This document shows, piece by piece, positions 24,851-36,963 of a stretch of DNA of 64,000 nucleotides. Each line of letters opens with the position of its first letter. Positions within the stretch are counted from its first letter, which is position 1. The stretch is from Ptychomitrium polyphyllum (taxonomy: Eukaryota): contig OZ316775.1 in assembly GCA_973851085.1 (NCBI GenBank), positions 4,712,001-4,776,000 of the forward strand. Direction: 5' to 3'. The notes beneath the pieces are model-generated. The model had not been told where the DNA came from. It did no database searches and saw only the letters and a list, made by a program, of their open reading frames with translations. A program made the translations under genes and the position numbers.

Positions 24851-27800
24851 TGAAACATTGGACGAATTCATCACTCAAGCAATAGCATGTGACAACAGAC
24901 TGTTTGAGAGGCGCCAAGAACAACGCTTGGGATGACGACCAATACATCAAAGCATGGCTACCACTTCTTTAAGAATATTGGATAATCGACCGTAAGGACC
25001 AGAACCTATGCAAATTGATGCTGCCCAGTTCAGACGTTTGACTCCAGAAGAAAAAGAAAGGCATCAAAGAGAAAACCTATGTTTGTATTGTGGCAAGTCT
25101 AGACATAAAGTGTGCGATTGCCAAATCAAAGGATTTGCCTTTAAGGCTCAAAGCACAATGGTGGAGTTGGAAAAGAAGGCTGTCCAGTCACAGTAGGAAC
25201 CATGCAACTGGACACCACAAGGAAACCACCATCAAATCAAAGTCTCATACTACCTTCAAGCCCTACCTCTTGTTTTACATTTCCTATCAAAATAAAATTT
25301 TTAGATGATGAAATAATTAGTGAAGTTCTCTTAGACACTGGTGCAACGGCATGTTTTATGGACAAGGGCTTTGCAACCAAACATCATATGGTGCTTGTGA
25401 AGAAAAAATACCCCGCACATGTTGAAGTTATTGATGGACAATCTCTTGCATCTGGCAATGTTATTGAAGAAACTCAACCTTTGGAGGTTGTTTTAGGAGA
25501 CCAGGCATCTAAGATTGTCTTCAACATCATTCAATGCCAAACGAATCCTATTGTTTTGGGCCTTCCTTGGTTTGAATTACATAATCCAGACATTGACTGG
25601 CGCTCACGGAGTGTGGTCTCGTGGAAAAGACGCCAAAGTACGAGAAATCTTGGACCATCATTTATTGGAGCTAAGGCATTTATGAGAGCAGCGAAGGATG
25701 AACCAATCTATGACATATATGCCACGCCAATGTCTAGCACTACAATAAAGACTAATCAAAATATACTTCGTCAATATCAAGATTATAAAGACGTTTCTGA
25801 GAAGAAGAATGCGGACATGTTACCAAAGCATCGGCCTTACAATTGTACCATTGAGTTGCAAGAAGGAGCCCAACCACCTTTTGGACCTATTTATAACTTA
25901 TCACAAATTGAGTTGGCTGCCTTGAAAGAATATATTGAGGAAAACCTTGGAAAGGGTTTCATTTAACACTCTAAATCACCTGTTGGAGCACCCATTCTAT
26001 TTGTAAAGAAGAAAGATGGATCATTACGTATGTGCGTGGACTATCGAGGCCTCAATAAGGTAACAAAAAAGAATCGCTATCCATTACCATCAATCCCAGG
26101 ACTCCTACAACAACTTGGCCAAACAAAGATGTTCACCAAAATTGATCTTAGAGGAGCCTACAATCTTGTATGCATCAAAGAAGGAGACAAATGGAAGACA
26201 GCTTTTCGATCTAGGTATGGTCATTTTGAATACAATGTCATGCCTTTTGGCTTTACTAATGCTTCCGCAGTCTTTCAACATATGATGAATGATATCTTCC
26301 ATGAATATCTGGATGATTTTATAATCATCTACTTAGATGATATTTTGATATATTCAAAGGATGAACAAGACCACGAATGTCATGTGCAATTGGTCTTAAA
26401 AAAATCACGCCAGTAAGAATTATATGCCAAATTGGAGAAGTGCCTTTTCCATGAATCCTCGATTGAATTTTTAGGCTACATCATTTTCAAAGGAGGAATC
26501 CATATGGATAAGAAAAAAAAAAGCACTGTCATGGAGTGGAGTATGCCAAGATCAATACGAGATGTTCAGTGTTTCTTGGGATTTGTAAATTTCTACAGGA
26601 TATTCATCAAGAATTATTCCAAGATTGCGGCACCATTAACACATCTTACGGGGAAGAAAAATTCATTTGGGATGAAGAAGTGGAAAAAACATTTCAAAGT
26701 CTTAAGAAGTCATTCACATCAGCTCCAATTCTTATTCATCCAAATCTTACAATATGATGAAGACAAGAGACTTCACCCTCTTGCCTTTTGTTCAAGGAAG
26801 TTCTTAGCGGTAGAGATCAACTATGATATACATGATAAAGAACTACTTGCAATTGTGGATGCGTTTGAAGAATGGCGACACTTATTGGAAGGAGCTCAAC
26901 ATACCATCACAATATATACAGATCACAAGAACTTGAAGTATTTCATGAGTGCGCGCGTTTTGAATTGCCGTCAAGCAAGGTGGAGTATGTCGCTTTCCAG
27001 ATTTGACTTTGTCATTACCTATCGATCTGGTAGCTTGCAATGTAAGCCAGATGCCTTATCTCGAAGATCTTATTTAGCTTCTCAACCTGGAGATGATGTT
27101 TTGAATCAACAAAGGACTATTTTATTGAAGCCAGAGAATCTTCAATTGAAAGCAGCCATTATTACGACAACATCCCATTTTGACAAAATTTGGAAGGCTT
27201 TAAAGAATGACGTCTTTGTTTCAAATATAAAGAAGCGCCTCAAAGACAATGAAAATCCTTCAAATAGCAATGAGGATTTTGAATTCCAAGAGGGCCTACT
27301 TTATTATAAAGGACTTTTGTACCTACCTCCAGGCCCTTTGCGGTTGAAGATCCTTCAAGCACGTCATGATTTTCCAACAGCATGACATTTTGGATTCAAT
27401 AAAACAATGGAGTTGATTGCTAGAGACTATTGGTGGCCACAAATGTGGAAGTACGTAAAGGACTTTGTTCAATCATGCGACACTTGTGCAAGAGCCAACG
27501 TACCAAGACACCAACCTCATGGTCTCCTCCATCCGCTTCCAATGCCAAAGGGTCCATGGTTGTCTTTATCAATGGATTTTATCATGGACCTTCCAAATTC
27601 CGAATCTAAAGATTCTATTTTGGTAGTGGTAGATCAATTTACCAAAATGGCACATTTCATTCCATGCAACAAGACGGTAACGGGAGAAGAAACTGCCAAG
27701 TTGTTCCTAAATCACGTCTACCGCATACATGGACTACCAGATGATATTGTATCTGATTGCGGGCCGCAGTTCATTTCCAACTTTTGGAAGCCTCTATTCC

Positions 27801-29888
27801 AGCTGTTGCGTATAAAGATCAATCTTTCTTCAGCACACCATCCGCAAACTGATGGCCAAACCGAACGTGTAAATCAAATTTTGGAACAGTACCTTCGTTG
27901 TAGCATAAACTACCAGCAAGACAACTGGATGGATCTCTTGCCTTTGGCAGTACTTGCTTACAACAATACGGTGCGTTCTTTAATAACTTAAAGTCCATTC
28001 TTTGCAAACTATGGGCATCATCCTCAAACAGATCCATTTCAAGTGAAGCATGTTGGAAGCCCTACAGCAGAGGATTTTGCAATTCAACTTACTAAAATCC
28101 ATCAAGAAATTACCTTCCAATTACAACAAGCTCAAGATTGTTACAAAACTTATGCAGATTGCTTTTGAAAGGACCATCCAAAGTTCAAGGTTGGAGATAG
28201 CGTATGGCTCCTACGACAAAATATACAAACAAAAAGACCATAAAAGAAGTTGGACTATCAAAGGTTGGGACCGTTTGAAATCAACAAATAAATAAATCCG
28301 GTTAGTTATCGCCTAAAGCTACCACCAAGCATGCAAATTCATCCAGTATTCCACGTATTGTTGTTGGAAACCTATAACAAATCATGTATACCAGAGAGAA
28401 TTGTCCTTCCGCCTCCTCCGATAGAAATCAATAATGAAATTGAATATGAAGTGGAAGAGATCTTAGATTCACGCATCAAGAACGGACGTGTAGAGTACCT
28501 TATACATTGGCAAGGATATGGCATCAATGACCGAACATGGGAACCTTCAACAAATGTAACAAACGCATCCGAGAAGGTACACGAATTTCATCAAAGATAT
28601 CCTCAGAAACCAGGTCAGTGATGATGTGTCATCAGCAGCCGTTAGCTTCACAGAGAAGTTTTTCCTTCGTAGACAAGTATAAGAAGGGAAGAGAGATATC
28701 CAGACCTCCAATTGTATGCAGCATTATTTCCAAGATAGATCATTTCTAGATCCTAGCCAGTATGTCAAATCTTCGTGTTATCATGGATATGCGTGAAGAG
28801 CAGTCGGCCATGCCTTCATCAACAACAGCATCTGTTGAGCCAACTCAACTTTCTCAGCCCTCGGTAACGGAGGATCTAAGTCAAGATATGAGAGGGACAT
28901 CCCAACGTCGAGTACGACCTCGTGCAGAAGTATTGACTAGTCGCCTTCACATTCCAATCTTGATTCAGATGCTCGCGCTCTAGTCATCTTGTTAGAAATT
29001 GGAAGAGTCACCCCTGGAGGACCCGAATTCTTGTTTGGAGGATGTTTCGAAGGACTTAATCAAGATCAGATCTTGGGATGGGACATTTCAACAACAGAAG
29101 TCTTGGCTGGTGGCCATCGGCGTTTTTTGCAAGGACCAATTGAGCCAGTGAACAGAGAACAACAAGCAGAGTATGTTGCTTCACTCCTTCGACAAATTTT
29201 GGAATTTATAGAAATGTGACAAGCAAGCCAAGAAAACAACTCCTCATGGGACTCGTCGCTAAAAGGGGAGGTGATGTCACGGACATAAATCATGCAACAT
29301 AGTCCTTAGAACATTCTAGAACCTTTTAGTACACTATAATAGTTTCTTAGAATATTTTTAGATGTCTCCATAGCCTTTTTTATGTTTTTAGGAAGCTTCC
29401 TAGGAAAGTTCCTCCACCTTAGGAAACTTCCTAAGAAGGTTCTATCATCTTAGATTACTTCCTAGGAAATTTTCTAGGAAGCTTCCATCACCTTAGGAAA
29501 CTTCCTAGGAAGGTTCCATCATCTTAGTAAACATCCCAGGAAGGTTTCATCATCATAGGAAATTTCCAAGGAAGGTTCCGACTCCTTGGAAGACTCTTAG
29601 GAAGTTTCCAATATCTTAGGAAACTTCTTGGGAAGGTTCTTTAGACTTCCAAAACATTCTTAAGCCTTGTAAAAAGCTCTTTAGAAGTATCCTACGAGAT
29701 ACAAGCGTCATGGTATAAATAGGAGGCAAGACAAGGTATTCTTTAGTCTTGCCAACACAAGTTGTGGATCATCTTGAATCCTACCTTGTTCTAGTCTTTG
29801 TATCAAGTTCTTGTTAATCATTAGCTCTTTGGAAGCTAATTCTTGGGAAACACTTCGTTTCTGCTTCTTGTTTCTTGTGTCCCTAACA
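24744..29888 (+). mobile_element. Inverted, 5'-truncated near-identical copy of the chromovirus (gag 3' part, pol, extra ORF, PPT, 3' LTR 29275-29888)
   Basis: Mirror of 16502-21615 (coordinates sum to 46359 up to the LTR indel). Same ORFs and same stop codons. LTR ends TGTCACGGACA...TGTCCCTAACA. Confidence 0.95.
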
Positions 29889-32800
29889 GTAGCCTGGCTT
29901 CAAATCTATCCGACTAATGTATTTAGTTCCCGCCAATCTATTAAAGAGGTCATTGATCCGAGGCAAAGGATAGTTGTTCTTGATGGTGGCTTTATTCAAG
30001 GCTCTATAGTCAACGTACATGCGGAGCTTGCCATCCTTTTTGTCCACGAAGAGGACCAGTGCTCCATATGGCGACTTACTTGGCCTAATATAACCTCTTT
30101 CCAACAAGTCATTCAATTGCTTCTTCAGCTCTTCTAGCTCTTTTTGGTTCAACCGGTATGGAGCCTTTGAAGGGGGCCTCGTTCCCGGTATCACTTCAAA
30201 TTTGTGATCCACTTCTCTTCTTGGCGGTAACTCTGCGAGCAGGTCATTGGTGAGCACATCCTTGTAACCACTTGGTACATTTTGAATGCACTTGGGAAGA
30301 GTCCTAACCTCCTTGGCACTTGGCCTATTCCCCTCTTCTTGCTCCATTTGCATCACAACCACAAATTGGTTATTCTCTAATTGTTCTAAGGAGACTAAGT
30401 TCAACTTGCCTCCTTCAACCATAGGAGTCCGAATCAACTTCAATATTGTCTCCTTCCCACCACGGCGCACTACTAACCGTGCTGGCTTTTGCTTCACATC
30501 CACCACATGAGTTTCGAAAAAAGTATCACCTAAACTGAGGTCTACCTCATCCATCTCACATAGTGTAAAACTTTCCTTCAATTCCGATGTTGCACTGCTT
30601 AAGGCCACATCCAATACCACCTCCTTCGTCTCGTACGGTTTGCCTTTTGCAAATCGCACGTTGATGGGCTTGCTAGCTTTTTGAGCCGACAAGCCCAACA
30701 CCCTTGCTAGCTTGGAACTCATGAAGGAGTGCGTTGCCCCTGTGTCAATCAAACATGAGACATTTTTGCCATTTATTTGGGCCTCAAGGTATAAAAGACT
30801 TGACCTTGGCTTAAGGCTACTAGCCTTGGCCATAAATCCACCTTCTAAAATGTGATCCACAATACAAGTGTGACAAGCTTTGGTACTCATCTTTTTATTA
30901 AGGCACTCCGCAATGAAGTGACCAATCTTGCCACACCCGTGGCAACACTTGTGCTTCAACTCAGCACTCTTATCTCCCGATTTGAATGGTTTTCTCTCAT
31001 AATAGTCCACTTTGTTGTAGGCCCTTCCATCTACTTGTCCCTTGTGTTTGTTTCCAAAGCCAAATTTCTTGCGTTCTCCTCTACGAGATATATTTCGGCT
31101 CAATCCACTTTGTTGAGAGGGACCACTTGATTTTCTTTTGGGACCGTTGGCTTCAATTCTTTCCGCAATCTTAATGGTTCCCGCCACGTCCTCCAAAAGC
31201 TTTGGGAATTTGAATAAGGCATCCATCACCCACTTTTGAAGCCCACCCAAAAAGATGCATTTCTTTGAAAACTCATCCATTTTGAATGTGGCATTCATTT
31301 GGACATTGAAATCTCGCACATAAGTCTTGAGCGACCCGGTGTGCCTCATTTGCACCAAGTTCATGCCCTCCCTCAACTCTTGGTACCCCGGAGTGAAGCG
31401 TTCACTCAAAATCTCTTTAAAACCGACCCAAGACAAAGTCGCCACCAACTCCGGCTCTTGTTCCTTTTTACTTGTCCACCATTGAAGAGCATGGTCTTTC
31501 AAAAACGTCACCACAATTGAAACTTTGTGCACTTTCTCCGGCTTTTGCACATCGTAATAGTTGTCCATTTCCAAAAGAAACTCCTTCACCTTCCTGGCCT
31601 TAGCTAGCCCAGAAAAAATGCTTGGCATGTTCACCTTGGCCAACTTCTTGGTTCAAAATGAGGACCTAGAACCTTGTGCCATCAAGTGCTCAATCAACCT
31701 CTCTTGACGGGTCCTCTCTTCTTTGCCACGCTTGAGTTCTTGGTTCACACCGTCCATAAACTCGAGCATTTTCATGCGAAAACTCAAATCAAGGTCCTGA
31801 TTTTCTAGGCCCTCAGGTGGCTCCAGAATCCTAGCTCCTGAGTACTCTCCACCCTCCAATGCTTCGTCTTGCTGAGTTTTCTCAACTTCCTCGGTGACTC
31901 CAATGTCATTCCCTTGCTCATTGGAATCAAAAGATGGAGCCTCATTAATCGGATTGGGGCCTTTGTTCACCCTCATGCGTGGTCGTTTAGAGGTCCCGGG
32001 CTCACCGCCGTCACCGGCCATCTTTATACCCATAGCCTCCTCGCACCGTAGCACTTGGATACTCAAAGCCTACTCTGATACCAAATGTCGCAACCCTTGT
32101 AATGCACCTTAGCAAGCGTCACGCACGTCAACCCTGTACACCCCAACATGCACATGGTTAACCCCCATTTTCACTTTCCAAGTCTTTCTACCATTTCTCT
32201 TAGGACACCCAATTTATTAGTAGCCAATGGTTAGGTGCGGACTTCCATTCATGTCCAAGGCCTCCTTGGTATTACTCCCATTCCATACGGCCTAACCGCA
32301 CTTAGTGGTATCTCCTCACCACCACTCATGATGCCCATGTGATTCTAAGATCACCCCGGGCCATCATGGTGCCGGCGTGAAGACATCACCCCAACTTAGT
32401 GGTAACAAGCGTACCCTTTTGAACGTGCTAGTTCCCTTCGTGAAACCGGCCGTCCACCGATTCACAACGGTGTGGGAGTCCTCGTGGTGAAGCCCCAACA
32501 CTAGCTTCACCAACCGGGATTCACCCTTGGCCTCTATCGGAACACTAGGGGAGTGGGGAGGGGGACCAGCCCTCCCTTATAGTACTCTCCGTGGAATTTG
32601 GCAGGCCCCCTGGCCCTCTGTAGCTGGCTGAACCCCGACACACCTAGAGTTTTGGAAGACCACCCGATCTCCCTTAGGACTTAGCCGCTGGAAGCCTCCG
32701 GGACTCCCAACGGACCTTCAAGGAGCCATATCTTCCTCATTTGGTGCCTGAATGTATCAAGCAACCACTCTATCGTCATCTACTCTTTGCGTAGATGCCG

Positions 32801-33230
32801 ATAGACTCCTCAAACGTCCGATTTGAGTTAGTATTGTGGGAGTTACGCCTCTCCTAAGGTTCGGGACTCTCGGGGAGTCCCACCCTGGACTGTCCCAGTC
32901 CAATACAGTCACTGTGTAGGGCTGCCACACTCCAGAACAGCCCCTTGGCAATCCCAACTTTGGAATGCCATAACTTTTAGCTCCCTTGTCCGATTTGGGC
33001 AATCTTTAGCATCCTAGAATCAGCTCTTTGTGATTCTTCCAATGCCCACCATCTATCCCACGTGGTCCTTGGTGTACATGGGCAAGGATGTTTTTCTCCT
33101 TAAGGGGTCCTTCCCACGCTAGGCCCACTCGGTTCCCCTCACTATCGGCGCTATAAGTCTTGGATGTCACTCCGGGGTCTCCCTTGTGTATTTAGTGTTG
33201 CAGGCACTCCTCAAGGAGAGGTGCGCGACA
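29889..33230 (-). mobile_element. Second Ty3/Gypsy family (Galadriel-like gag): 5' LTR 33230-32086, tRNA-iMet PBS, gag-PR-RT truncated within RT
   Basis: LTR termini TGTCGC...GCGACA; PBS TGGTATCAGAGT at 32083-32072; [18 protein letters not shown], protease [12 protein letters not shown] start [33 protein letters not shown], cut by the LTR ending at 29888. Lineage label is from memory of gag motifs. Confidence 0.92.
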
Positions 33231-35616
33231 CTCTTTCGGACGGTGTCTCCAAAAGTAGATGTCAATGCTTCTATGAAGGCATTTAAGTCATTCAATAATG
33301 GTGACTGCTTTTCCATTTGTGGTGTAAACTACGATAGTACATTGTTTGATAAAAGAGTGGCCACAAATCTCACTTGAGTTGTGTCAAGAAGATAGCAAGA
33401 TTGATGCAAACTAAAGAAGAATCGTATCTATTGAACAAAGCTTCTCAATTTTGATCTTGATCCATCAAACTTGCCTAGCATGCAAATCTTTGGCTCTGCA
33501 TGGATTTGGTGTAAGCCTTTCCTTCCAATATTACTCTCTTGCAATCGAACAACCTCTTGATATAGGCTTTGAATATCACCATTGGATTCTTCAACTTGCC
33601 GAGTGTGTTGCTGCAAATTGTTGGTGGTATTAAAACAGACAAGTTCCGTTTGAATTTTGATAAGAAACGTAAAGCGAGAAATAGATTTTGGAAGTAATAA
33701 GAAACCTTCATTTAATGGTCATTTTTGTTGAGTGTTCAATCCAAGGATCCTACTGTGACTAAATAGCCTTCTTTTCCAACTCCACCATTGTGCTTTGAGC
33801 CTTAAAAGTAGATCGTTTGATTTAACAATCGCGCACTTTATGTCCAGACTGCTACAATTTAAACATAAGTTTCCCCTTTGATGCCTTTTTTTTTTTTTTG
33901 GAGTTAAACATCTTATTTGGACAGTATTAATTTGCATAGGTTTTGGTCTTTGTGATTGACTATCAAATACTCTTGGAGAAGTGGGTTGCATACCTTGATG
34001 TACTACTTCTCATCCGAAGCGTTGTTCTTGGCGTCTCTCAAATAGTATATTGTCACATGCTATTACTTAGGTGATGAATACGTCTAATGTTTCAACCCTT
34101 GGCATTGTGAGTTGCAAGTTTTTCACATTCTTTCTTAAGCCTCATCAAAATCGTATGATTAAGGCCTTATCATTCCATTCAAGGTTGCAAGCTAATTGTT
34201 AAAACTCTGTACCATATATAGCAGGCAAGCGCTATCTTTATTATAAACTTTGGATCCTTGTTTCAGCCACTTTTTCTTGGTCGGTGTCTCCAAAAGTAGA
34301 TGTCAACACTTCCATGAAAGCATCAAATTTATTCAATAATGGTGACTGCTTCTCTATTAATTGTGCAAACTACAAAAGTATGTTGTTTGATAGAAGAATG
34401 GCCACAAATTCCACTTGAGTGGTGCCATTAGGATAGCGAGATTAATGAGAACTAAGGAAGAGTCTTACTTGTTGAATAAAGCCTCTCCACTTTGATCTTG
34501 ATCCATCAAATTTGCCTAGCATGCTAATCTTTGGCTTTGCATGGTTTTGACGTAAATCTTCTCTTTTAATATTGGCCTTTTGTAATCAACAACCTCTTGA
34601 TATAGGCTTTGAATATCACCATTAGATTCTTCGGCTTGTCGATTGTACTACTCTAAATTTTTGGTGGTGTTGAAACAAGCAAGTCCTGTTTGAATTGTAT
34701 TTAATAACTTTTGAAGGTCTGTAATAGCTGCAAACCTATTCTCAAATGTTCAAGGCAATTTATCCATTTTTTTAAGACTATCAAAGACAAGAAGACTATG
34801 AATACCTTCAAAGGAGAGTATTCCACGTCATTTGGAACATTGATCATTTTTTAAAAGAAATAGTATTTGGTTTTAGAAAGAGAAACCAACTTTATGATGT
34901 CAACTTAAAGGAAGATAATCCGCAACCTTTAAGATGCTATGGAATCCTAAAGAAGACAAGTAATCCACTATCTTCTTCAAAGAACCTTAGCTCTGACAAA
35001 AATAAAGAGTAGTCTTGCCAAATTGTTAAGAATTCAAGAAACAACAAGCAAAAATGAAGTATTTCTCAAGAATTAGCTTTGAAAGAGTTATTGATTAACA
35101 AAAACTTGATACAAAGACTAGAACAAGGCAGGATACAAGATGATTTACAATTTGAATTAACAAGAGTAAAGAATATCTTGTCTTGCCTCCTATTTATACT
35201 TTGATGCTTGTATCTCCTGGAATATTTCTAAAAAAGCTTCTTACAAGGCCTTAGAATGTTCTACAAGTCTAGGAAACTTTCCTAAGAAGTTTCCTAAGAT
35301 ATTAAAACCTTCTTAAGACGCTTCCAAGGAATTGAAATCTTCCTTGGAAATTTTCCAAGATTGTAGAACGTTCTTAAGAAGTTTCCTAAAGAAATAAAAC
35401 CTTCCTCAAAAGTTTCTTGAGGTGGTATAACTTTTTTAGGAAGTTTTTTGAGATGACGGAACCTTTCTAAGAAGTTTCTATGGATAGTAGAACATTCATG
35501 GGAAATTTTCTAAAAACATAGAAACGGCTATGGAGACATTTGAAGGTATTCTAAAGAGCTACTATAGTTTACTAGAAGATTCTAAAGACTATGTTGCATG
35601 ATCTATGTCTGTGACA
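33231..35616 (-). mobile_element. Decayed Tf1/Tcn1-type remnants: LTR 35616-35024, PBS, gag, start of pol, then a second gag fragment (33650-33231)
   Basis: Colinear similarity to 21060-23073; PBS TTGGCAAGACTA at 35021-35010. Confidence 0.88.
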
Positions 35617-36963
35617 TCATATGACAAGCTAGACTATTGCAAATTGAAAACATTTATAATCAAAAAACAAGTCAACCACATGGCATATTGTTTGAAAGTA
35701 CCAACAACAAAAAAAAGTCCATCACCTCTTTTAGATTTCACTTTTGGAAACTTATAAGAAATCAAGTACCTCTAGATAAAGACAGTTGTTACCATTTGTT
35801 GTCAAAATTGACAATCATCATGAATTTGAAGTAGGAGAAGTATTTGACTTGCGGATAAAACGTGTAAAACTAGAATACTTGGTGCATTGGCACGGATATA
35901 ACATTAGTGAATGCACATAAAAGCTAAATAACGATCTTGCCAACTTACTAATAAAAGTTTGTGGCTTCCATTGACAACATCCATTCAAACCAAAAATAGC
36001 AGCATACGAAATAGTGCCTTAGTAAGATTGCGTAACCTCTAAGGCTCTTGATGCTTGGGCTTTTAAATTGGAGAGCAAGCAATTTTTAGATCATAAGTTT
36101 TTAAAGTCTTAAATATGATTTAAAAATCACTTGTTTGTATTTTGAAATTTATTATAATTCATTGAGACTAGCTTAATATATTAATATGGACAGTCAAGAT
36201 GCAGATACCATGCCAATGGTATCAACCCAATCAAGTGGCTCATATTGATGACCTTGTGATGAAGAATAGATTGGACCAAGAAGATGTTGAAGGATATCTT
36301 GCAATAGATTGTTGGTGATTGTCTTTGAAGTAGAGCCAGCTTACAAAAGTTATCCAAAAATAGTGCTTGAAGGACATTTTTACAATAAAGATACGGAAGT
36401 TCATTCTTGGTCCCAAGTAGAAGGTGTTGGACACTATTGGTGGTTACAAGGACCCATGAACCATTTGAATTGTGAAAAGCACTTGGAGTATGTTGTAGAT
36501 ACCATGCGACAAATTTTTGACTTCTTAAGACTCTGAGCACTTGTTGCAACATGCTATTTGGAAACCTTGGAGCTACAAGGGGAGGTGATGGTACGGATTT
36601 ATATATTAGAAGCACCTAGAAAGATTTTTAGAAATTTTAGAAAGCTTTCAAAGAAGTTACCTTGGCTTAAGAAGCTTCCAAAGAAATTATCTCAATTTAG
36701 GAAGCAACTCAAGGTTGCTTAGGTACAAAGCAATGTATTAAAAGCTTCTCAAAAAGATTCCAAGGCTTGTAATTCTAGTATATATAGGAGTCAAGGCTGA
36801 AAGGATTTGAGTCTCAACAACGCATCTTTTGTGTTTAGCTTAGACCTTTTAGCCTTGTATTTGTACCTTGTTATAGCACTTTACCTCTAATATACCTTAA
36901 ACATATTTTGTTCTACATCTTGGAATCTTGAAGCCGTATCTTGTAATTACTCTGTCCGTAACA
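35617..36963 (+). mobile_element. 3' end of a related chromovirus with a different LTR: decayed integrase/chromodomain, extra ORF remnant, PPT, LTR 36589-36963
   Basis: Chromodomain-like LEYLVHWHGYNISE near 35870; PPT AAGGGGAGGTGA at 36577-36588; LTR termini TGGTACGGA...TCCGTAACA. Confidence 0.8.
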
